Assembly: GCA_951406725.2 (NCBI GenBank)
Contig: OX597842.1
Coordinates: 930,001 to 994,000 of the forward strand
Length of the DNA: 64,000 nucleotides
Direction: 5' to 3'
Origin: Octopus vulgaris
Taxonomy: Eukaryota
Of this stretch, positions 55,191-64,000 are shown one piece after another (position 1 is the stretch's first letter; each line of letters opens with the position of its first letter). The notes beneath the pieces were generated by a model that worked only from the letters and a program-made list of their open reading frames with translations, was not told the DNA's origin and did not search any database. The translations under genes were made by a program, and so were the position numbers.

Positions 55191-55463
55191 GAGAGATGTT
55201 TTTTATCTTTCTTCATCATCATTTTAATGTCTACTTTTCCGGGCTTGCATGGGACAGACGAGAATACAATGGAGCAGAGTTTGCAATGGTTGGATGCGTT
55301 TCCTGTCGCTGACCTCCAAATGTTTCGACCCTAAGAAACAATGACTGACCATGGGATTGCACCTAGAAAGTTTGCCTTTGAGGCATAAGTCCAGACAAGG
55401 TTGTTTATGGAAGATCAAGTCGTAGGCATAAGAGTGGCTGTGTGGTAAGTAGCTTGCTAACCA

Positions 55464-57627
55464 GACATGCGCAGTTAGTCAGTTGCTTCTTGTTGAGCTA
55501 GAGTGGACGTGAGTAACAAGCTCTGTCCAACTAAAGAAAAAAGACCAAAAACGGAAAGTTGTTGAGGTAAGTGATTTTGTTTATTGTGAGTTGGGCATAA
55601 TTTATTGCGTGCCAATTATTATTTCAGTAGGTTGTGTCCAACTCTGAGACAATTTCGCCTGCGCTAGGCGGCCGCCGTTTTTGTGTTCATTGAAAAAAAT
55701 AAAAAGAAAAAACAGTGGAGGGGTGTATACTCAGAATTCAATACAGTTACTGTTAAAATTACCGTTGGCAGTAGCCAGTGCTGTGTTTGAGTTTGCTGAA
55801 TTTATTCCCTTGTCAGAGTACTTCGCAAGAAAAGTAGAAAAATAAGCCACTATTGGATTACCTTTCGGACCCATTTTTGTGGAGGCTGTGTTGCAGTTGC
55901 GGCGTTCAGGTTCAACCCAGGCCGGGAGTACCGCAAGGCCAGAATATTTTTGCTGTGTTTTTTCTGTTTATTAACTTTCTTTTGTACTTCATTTAACCCC
56001 CCCTTTGTTTTTTTTTCCTTATTGCGACTTTCTGTTAATTTCTTCCCTTCTATTGTGCTTTCTCCTTTTTGTTTTTTCAAAAATCTATCAAATTTTATTT
56101 AGACTTTTGAACTTTTTTCTTCCTGCTTTTGAGTTTAATTTGAATATATTTTTAAAAAAAACATGGCAACAAAAGAAACCACTGCTTTGGAATGGGAGGT
56201 TGTCCCACTCAAGCAGTGGATTGAAAGTCTTGAGAAGAGGACGGTGGTCCTACGAACCTATTCTAGGTCGCGTGGAGCCATTGCCCTCTTCGACAGGAAT
56301 ACTATAGAGAGAGAGTTGGGGGACCACCTGCCAACTATAAAATTTATTTCTCGGGGGATTAAATTTGCAACGGTGTGGTTGCTGTTTGGTACCCCCGAGG
56401 AAGCTAGCAGATTTGCTAGCGAGCCACTGGAGGGAGAGGAAATTTTGTTCCTCCCCTCGTATTGTGGCAGAAAAATAAAAAGAGCCTGGGTGTGTGGGCT
56501 GCCCCCGGGCACAGAGGCGGAATGGATCGAGAAGACCATCCGGCGAGGCCTGGGGGATAGCGGACCCAGACTACTGAGTGTGAAAATGGCTCCCGCAGTC
56601 GCCTGGGAGGGGTCAAAGGCAACTTTGACCCTGTGGACACCGGTGGCCGTGGGAGAAATGAAATTCCCGGACTTCCTGAGAATGGCTGGGCACAGGTACC
56701 CGGTGATACTCGAGGGTCGCCCCCCAAGTGTCACCTGTGCCTGAAGCCCGGACATATCAGGAAGAATTGTCCCGGGGGCCGTGGTGGTGCCCCGGAGCAG
56801 AAAGGGGAAAAGGCGCCCGCCGCCCCTCATTGGAGGGGAGATGGTGGAAGTCGTGGAGGAGGTTGCCTCCACGAAAAGAAAGAGACAGGCGAGCAACAAT
56901 GGTTGCCCGCCAAAGAATGCTCAGGTGGCGGAGGGGGATAGCAATCCCCCGTGTCTGGTGACGGAGTCCCCTGGGTCAGCAGTCTCCCCCAAAAGAAGGA
57001 GGAGAAAAAGGAGAGGTCGGACGACTGACGTTTCTGTGTCGCCGACGGAGGCGCGGGTGGGATGTGTGCCACCCGCGGACAAGGCTCCGCCAGTAGGAAG
57101 TGTGCCACTGACGGAGCAGTGTGAGGTCCCTTCCTGTGAAGAGGAGATGCTTCTCCTCCTTTACCACAAGGGAGAGGAGGTGGAAAGATTTTTGAATGGC
57201 TTGGGTGACCGAGAACGTAAGGGCACGGTCGGCTCAAGGAGTCCGTTATGGCCCCCGCGGGTAGCTGCGGAAAAAGTAACGGAAAATACTTTGTCAAGGG
57301 TCGCAGAGACCTTTGAGAGGAAAGATTTTACTTTTCTCTTTGCAGGCCCCGACTTGTCGTCGCAGAGTTGTCTGCAGGCGGCAAGACAATTTGCTTCGGG
57401 GACCTGACAAGGAGAATTGTTGAACATTTTTTATGTAATTTGAATCATTGTGAACATTTTATTAAATGTATTTATTGAAACATTGTTTTAGAGAAGCGAC
57501 AGTCGGCGGGCGCTTTCGACTTCTCCCATCACCATCTTCATCCACCACCACCATCATCCATTAATGTCCTTGTCCAGCCCGTAGCTACTACTCTGTGTGC
57601 TGCCCTAGTGGCAAATTATATAAAATA
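55464..57627 (+). mobile_element. ORF1-only non-LTR retroelement (HAL1-like architecture, L1/Tx1-type ORF1)
   Basis: Splits a SINE A head; repeat AAGTAGCTTGCT at 55447-55458 and 57628-57639; 700-bp leader, gag-like ORF, 220-bp trailer ending in AATAAA. Confidence 0.75.
56163..57407 (+). CDS. Gag-like ORF1 protein with CCHC zinc knuckle (two apparent compensating frameshifts)
   Basis: 193-aa ORF, knuckle CHLCLKPGHIRKNC in the shifted frame, then 208-aa ORF back in the first frame; shifts fall in the C6 (56720-56725) and G5 (56774-56778) runs. Confidence 0.75.
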
Positions 57628-58020
57628 AAGTAGCTTGCTTACGAACCACATAGTTCCAGGTTCAGTCCCACTGTGTGGCACCTTGGATAAGTGTCTTCTA
57701 CTATAGCCTCAAGCCGACCAAAGCCTTGTGAGTGGATTTGGTAGACGGAAACTGAAAGAAGCCCGTCGTATATAAGTATATATATATATATGTATGTGTG
57801 TGTATATGTTTGTGTGTCTGTGTTTGTCCCCCAAACATTGCTCGACAACCGATGCTGGTGTGTTTATGTCCCCATAACTTAGTAGTTCGGCAAAAGAGAC
57901 CGATAGAATAAGTACTAGGCTTACAAAGAATAAGTCCTGGAGTCGATTTGCTTGACCAAAGGCGGTGCTTACAGCATGGCCACAGTCACGTGACTGAAAG
58001 AAATAAAAGAGTAAAAGAGT
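57628..58020 (+). mobile_element. Remainder of the split SINE A (5' piece at 55425-55463)
   Basis: Continues the family A consensus from AAGTAGCTTGC. Confidence 0.9.
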
Positions 58021-58253
58021 CATCCATGCATACCAGCCTCCTCTCTCCACACCACTGATGCTATCCAAGGGAAAGGCAAAGGGGCCGACACAGTTTGGCA
58101 CCAGTGATGTCGCAACTCATTTCTAAAGCTGAGTTAACTGGATCAACGTGAAATAAAGTGTCTTGCTCAAGAACACAACACTCAGCCCAGTCTGGGAATT
58201 GAACTCACTAACTCAGGATTTTGAGCCCAACACTAACTATCGAGCCATGCACT
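58021..58253 (-). mobile_element. SINE family E
   Basis: Reverse complement of about 27530-27765. Confidence 0.82.
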
Positions 58254-58279
58254 TCTATATATATGATACACATTTCCAA

Positions 58280-58864
58280 TTATAAGGCAGCGAGCTGGGC
58301 GAAATGTTTAGCAGTATTTCATCTGCCGTTACGTTCTGAGTTCAAATTCCGCCGCGGTTGACTTTGCCTTTCATCCTTTTGGGGTCGATAAATTAAGTAC
58401 CAGATACACACTGGGGTTGATGTAATCAACTTAATCCGTTTGTCTGTCCTTGTTTGTCCCCTCTGAGTTTAGCCCCTCGTGGGTAGTAAAGAAATAGGTA
58501 TTTCGTCTGACGCTATGTTCTGAGTTCAAATTCCGCCGACGTCGATTTTGCCTTTCATCCTTTCAGGGTTGATATATTAAGTACCAGTTACGCACTGGGG
58601 TCGATGTAATCGACTTTATCCCTTTGTCTGTCCTTGTTTGTCCTCTCTGTGTTTAGCCCCTTGTGGGTAGTAAAGAAATAGGTATTTCGTCTGCCGTTGC
58701 ATTCTGAGTTCAAATTCCACCGAGGTCGACTTTGCCTTTCATCCTTTCAGGGTCGGTTAAATAAGTACGAGTTACGCACTGGGGTCGATGTAATCGACTT
58801 AATCCATTTGTCTGTCCTTGTTTGTCCCCTCTGTGTTTAACTCCTCGTGGGTAGTAAAGAAATA
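58280..58864 (+). mobile_element. SINE B trimer
   Basis: TSD GATACACATTTCCAA at 58265-58279 and 58865-58879. Confidence 0.94.
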
Positions 58865-60422
58865 GATACACATTTCCAACTATTTTCAACCACCACAACA
58901 TAAAAATAATGAAGGAATTATGAAAGGAAAAGGTTTATATTATCCAGAATACATCAAAACAAGGATTAACTAAGTCTGCAAACAAGCATGGACGTTTAGC
59001 ACAAACTAATAGAAATTCTTTGGGCAAGCAAAAGGTCATTTATCATTTCTAAACAACATCCTAACTGTGAATTATCTGAAATTAACATTACCTTTCATCT
59101 TTTTGGGGTCGATGAAATGAAGTACTAGTAAAAAACTGGGGTAGATTTAATCATTTGTCTATCCCGTGTATCATAAGTGATACACAGGACATATTTCCCT
59201 GGGGTCCATGCATCATATACGATACATGCTCCCATAATTTTTTTTTCAACCACCAAAGTAACTTGGAACTTTTGAAAGGAAAGCTTTATATTAATTGTTG
59301 TTGGTGTTTGTTCCTTCTCGAGCCATGTCTGGCTCATAAGGGCTGGTTTCTCGGTTTCCTTGGCGTATAGGTTCCCCACCTGGATGAGACGCCGGTCTGT
59401 CGCAGGTGAGTTGCAAGATGCAGGAGGAAAGAGTGAGAAAAAGTTGTGGCGAAAGAGTCAGCAGAAGTTTCGCCATTATCTTCAGCCAGAGCCACGGGGA
59501 GCTTAGGTGTTTCGCTGATAAACACACACACCACGCGGTCTGAGATCTGAACCTGCGATCCCTCAACCGCAAGTCCGCTGCTCTAACCACTAGGCCATGT
59601 GCCACCACTTTATATTAATTACTCAGAATGAATTAAACAAGGGCCAACTAAAAGTTTGAAGACAAGCATGGATGTTTAAGATAAACTTATGGAAATGCTT
59701 TGGATAGGCAAATGGTTATCTCTGCCATAAAACATCCTCAATGTAAATGGAATTATATGAGAAGATTAGAACCAACATTACCTTTCATCTTTCTGGCTTT
59801 GATGAAATAAAGTACCCCCAAAGAATCTACCTCAGTGAAATACTGGGGTAGGTTTAACTCTTTTTGTCTGTCCTAATAATCCCATTGGATACACAAGACA
59901 TATTTTCCTGGCATCCATGCATCATATCTGATACACATTCCCAATCTTTCTTCAACCACCAGAGTGACTTGGGACTTATGAAAGGAAAGCTTTATATTCA
60001 TTCAGAATGAATTAAACAAGGGCCAACTAAAATTCTGAAAATAAGCTTGGATGCTAAGTATAAACTTATAAGAATGCTCTGGACAGGCAAAGGGTTATTA
60101 TTGTTGTAGAACATCTTCAGTATCAATAAGACTGACATTATGTATCAGAATGTTCCAGTGAAATGCTGGGGTAGATTTAACCTTTTACCTATCCTGTGTG
60201 TCATATGATATCACGTGATATACAGGACATATTTCTCTGTCATTCATGCATCATATACGATACACATTTGCTATATTTTCCAACCACTTAAGTAAATTGG
60301 GACTTCCAGAAGGATAGGTTTATATCATTCAGTATGTATTAAACAAAGGTTAACCAAAAGTCTGGAAATAAACAGGGATGTTTAGGACAAAATTTTGAAA
60401 ATGCTACGGATAGGCAAAAGAT
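58865..60422 (+). repeat. Old 330-385 bp tandem repeat (about 3.5 units) containing a decayed SINE B core
   Basis: TTCAACCAC...GAAAGGAAAG.TTTATAT recurs near 58886, 59245, 59951 and 60278. Confidence 0.8.
59297..59607 (-). mobile_element. SINE family C, tail type ii
   Basis: TSD CTTTATATTAATT at 59284-59296 and 59608-59620. Confidence 0.92.
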
Positions 60423-60529
60423 CAAACACACAGCCATTACTTGTACCATACTTTTGTTTAATTCGGTAGATCCAAGAACAATCCATTTTATATATGTATG
60501 AATTGTTTTCTTTTAAAATTGTTATCAGT

Positions 60530-61200
60530 AGTATCATCATAGCACAGAATTTCTACCATTTGATCCTGATCTGTTTCGTCAGCAGCAGACCCAAATGCGA
60601 GGCCAAAATATTTGGCCTTACCAATACTATGAAGCAATTTTCTGAAGAACACAAGAAGCCATAAGATGATGGAGACAAATATGATATTCTTTCAGGAATC
60701 TCTTCCACATTATTGAGCGTCCTTTCGTGACAAGGAGTAGAATTTACCAATAATTCCAATCTGCCTTTCAGAATTTCCAAAAGTCATTTCCAAATTGCTT
60801 TCCTCCTATTCCTGTCTATAAGATTTCTTGCCGACGATGCATTTCAGGGTTTTGAGCAGCTAAAAATTTTATGCAAAGGATAATTACATCGAGGACATTC
60901 CACCATTTATACCTGGCGATGTAATTTGAAGAGCCTGAAATTCTTCAATAATGATTCTTCAATTTTCTAAAAGATTTATTTCTTTCCATTGAATTAAGAA
61001 ATATCAATGGTCTTTCACCTTTTCTTCATGGATTCTAAGACTTTCTAGAAGATTCCACTGATAGAAACCTATTTTCTTATCTAAATGAAGACTGATTGGT
61101 TCTTCGTAAAAATTCCCAACAACAAAACCAAAAAGCTGTTTTCCTCTTTGGAGAATAACCATGCCGTGAGTGCCAAACTTCTCCACGTCCATTTCTTAAG
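60530..61200 (-). pseudogene. Decayed hAT-family transposase N-terminal part (TTF zinc finger, DUF4371/ZMYM1-like)
   Basis: Motifs in the expected order across frames: GYSPKRKTAFWFCC, GFYQW...IHE...H, IKFLAAQN, SYLSP, KAKYFGL...DQ. Confidence 0.6.
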
Positions 61201-61323
61201 GTTTTAAAAGCATCGTTCATTCCATGGTAGTGTTTTGTGTTGGAACAAATAGCCTGCTATTATTTTGAAAATACTTACAGCACAATATAACCATTTCTGT
61301 CCTCAGGGTATCTACCCAAAATA

Positions 61324-61372
61324 TTGTATTTGGCGGCGTATAAGATGTGCTCAAGCATAAGATGCACCCGTT
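61324..61372 (+). mobile_element. Possible pogo/Tigger-type terminal inverted repeat remnant
   Basis: GTATTTGGCGGCGTATAAGATG...ATAAGATGCACCC resembles such TIRs from memory; no partner end found. Confidence 0.35.
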
Positions 61373-61384
61373 TTACTAGTATAC

Positions 61385-61797
61385 TTTATTCTTTTTATTC
61401 TTTTATTCTTTTACTTGTTTCAGTCATTTGACTGCGGCCATGCTGGAGCACCGCCTTTTATCGAGCAACTCGACCCCGGGACTTATTCTTTTTGTAAGCC
61501 CAGTACTTATTCTATCGGTCTCTTTTGCTGAACCGCTAAGTAACGGGGACATAAACACACCAGCATCGGTTGTCAAGCAATGTTAGGGAGACAAACACAC
61601 ACACACACACACAAACATACATATTTACATATATATGACAGGCTTCTTTCAGTTTCCGTCTACCAAATCCACTCACAAGGCTTTGGTCGGCCTGAGGCTA
61701 TAGTAGAAGACATTTGCCCAAGGTGCCACGCAGTGGGACTGAACACGGAACCATGTGGTTGGTAAACAAGCTACTTACCACACAGCCACTCCTGCGC
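61385..61797 (-). mobile_element. Full-length SINE A
   Basis: Match to family A. Confidence 0.93.
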
Positions 61798-62124
61798 TTT
61801 GTGGAAAAATTAGAAATTTTATTATGCTTCATCATACACATAATGAATAAAATATTGGTAGTATTTTATTATTAATAATAATTTTTTATGGTCATTAACA
61901 AGTCAGTGACCTGGAAAAATCATTAACATACTGTGCAAAATGCTTAGTGGCATTTGTCAATCTTTAAGTTCAGATTCCACTAAAGTCATTTGGTCTTTCA
62001 TTCTTTTAGCGTCAATGAAATAAGTACCCATCAAATATTAGAGGTTGATGTAATTGACTACCTTCTCTCCTGAAATTGCTGGCCTCATGTCAAAATTTGA
62101 AATCAAAATTTTATTATTAAAGGA

Positions 62125-62845
62125 TTATTATTACTATTTTATTGTCTTTGCACAGCTTCTGACACTGGAGATGTACTACGGTGTCAGCTGTTCACTACCT
62201 GTGAACTAAGGTAACATCGCTTATTTTTTGAGCACCATCCGGAGTATTCAAGCAGTTCCAAGCAATGCTGTTTTCTGCAAGAGCTCCACCCTTATTGTAG
62301 CCCCTATTTGTTCCATGTACTTCTCAAGATTTTTACTCACTGTTCCCAGGGCTCTGACAGTTATTGGTACTACTACCACCTTTTTCAGCAAACACAACTG
62401 CTTAACCTCCCAAGCCAACCTGTCATATCTATCAACTTTTCTTTCTTCCTTATCGTATACCTTGTTGTCAGCCAGGCATGCTATATCTATGATCCAGCAT
62501 AGTTTGTTTCCTTTCTCAATTAAGAATATGTCTGGCTTCCTATTCTCTATTTCATGGATGCCCTGAATCATAAAATCCCATAGGATCTTTGCATCAGGTT
62601 TATGTTTGTACCACGTTTTAACTCTGTTAAGTCCATACTTGTTGCAAAGTGTCCAATGGACAATCCTTGCTATATTGTCATGGCATCTCATATATTCTTT
62701 CTGGGCTAGTGGCTTACATTGACTGGTAATATGCCATGCCGTTTCACCATTTTATCCACAACTTCTGCACTTACCACTTTCTGATGTTTGTCTATTCTGT
62801 ATTTGATGTAATTAGTTCTTAATGCCTGCTCTTGGGCAGCACAGA
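62125..62845 (-). mobile_element. R4/Dong-clade LINE 3' fragment (CCHC finger, restriction-like endonuclease, 3' UTR)
   Basis: AQEQALRTN, KCRSCG..ETAWHI, HDNIA, KPDIFL, IIDIAC, LQKTALLGTA; ends in TAA-rich tail. Confidence 0.9.
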
Positions 62846-63784
62846 ATTGTTAGCACGTTGGACAAAATGCCTAACAGTATTCCATTCCCCTTTACATTCT
62901 GAGCTCAAATTCTGCTGAGGCTGACTATGCTTTTCATCCTTCTCAGGTTAATAAAATAGGTATCATTTAAACACTGGGGACTATATAACTGACTAGTCTC
63001 CTCCCTTAAAATTTCTGGCCTTGTACCTTTAGTAGAAAGGGTCATTAATATTTAATCCTCAGAAGAGGATGATAAGAAAAAAACTAAACTCCTATCTTTG
63101 GTTTTTGTGACTTCTCCTTTACGGTCATGAATGTTAAGCAATGTCTGAAAGAGTACATGCACGAATAAAATCAGTGGAAATGGGGTTCTTACAAAGGATC
63201 ACTGGAGTAATGTTACTCAACAGGATGCGAGTTCAGGGACCAGGGAGTCTCTTCATGTCAAGCTACTACTTTGCATTGAGCTGTCACAGCTCTGGTACTA
63301 CAGACTTGGTCATTTAGAGAATGCATGGGCTAAGACTATGCGCCTTCATTGGTCAGTTAAAGTTGAGACAGTGTCATGTGACAACTTGCTGGGGCTGCCT
63401 GCTGGAGCCTAGCAGTGGGTATTTAAAGGGAAAAATATGACAAGACAGTCAGTCGCCCACTGATACTTGCTGACGATACATTGAAGAGGCCAGGGAACAG
63501 AAGAAAGAAGACATGCACCCAATACCAGAGCTGAAGACACCTCTGAAAGGGGGGCCTCGCCACGTCAAAACGGTAGAGGAGTAGGGGCCGAAACCGGATG
63601 TGGTTCCTCCTGATGATTTCTTCAGATAACTGCATCCTATAAAGGAGCTGTTGTGGTAGCAGACCACGAAACACGGTTGAAATTCCTCCAGGAAAATAAT
63701 ACAAGACAGATTCTTCAAAGCCAAACCAACAAGTAGGAGACCAAGTGAGGTAGTCCTAAAGCGAGACGGTTGGATAATATTTGT

Positions 63785-63952
63785 TTCAAATTTGGGTAAA
63801 AGGCCAGCAAGATTGGGGAAGGGGACCAGTCGATTACATTGACCCCCAGGGTCAACTGGTACTTATTTTATTGAATCCGAAAGGATAAAAGGCAAAGTCA
63901 ACCCTGGTAGCATTTGAACTCAGAACTTAAAGAAGGATGAAAATGCTGCTAA
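63785..63952 (-). mobile_element. SINE B, followed by a partial SINE A head at the window end
   Basis: CTGGTACTTATTTTAT...AAAGGCAAAGTCAACC core; another B copy at about 62845-63040 plus. Confidence 0.8.
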
Positions 63953-64000
63953 GTAGTAAGTGGCTTGCTTACCAACAACATGGTTCTGAGTTCAGTCCCA

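Noticed and set aside
56258-57427. Antisense ORFs over the ORF1 region
   Set aside because: Shadow ORFs of GC-rich coding sequence with no recognisable motifs.

Overview
Eukaryotic, AT-rich, repeat-saturated intronic/intergenic DNA. The microsatellite load and SINE repertoire suggest a cephalopod, probably Octopus (inference). No intact host gene, rRNA, true tRNA or CRISPR array is visible, and most listed ORFs are microsatellite artefacts. The window holds: at least four tRNA-headed or SINE-like families (labelled A, B, C, E here), many as tandem multimers; an (AAT)n-associated non-coding retroposon (D); decayed RTE, R4/Dong and Penelope-like (PLE) retroelement pieces; a decayed hAT transposase; and several minisatellites. 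Main highlights: (1) several distinct minimal type I hammerhead ribozyme motifs in PLE-like ends, often as inverted pairs; (2) one PLE that carries a tRNA-like Pol III cassette just upstream of its hammerhead; (3) a 2.16-kb ORF1-only, zinc-knuckle non-LTR element inserted with a target-site duplication (TSD) into a SINE tRNA head; (4) SINE multimers bounded by single TSDs, one of which captured an inverted copy of nearby DNA. All family and structure calls were made by eye and coordinates of degenerate elements are approximate.
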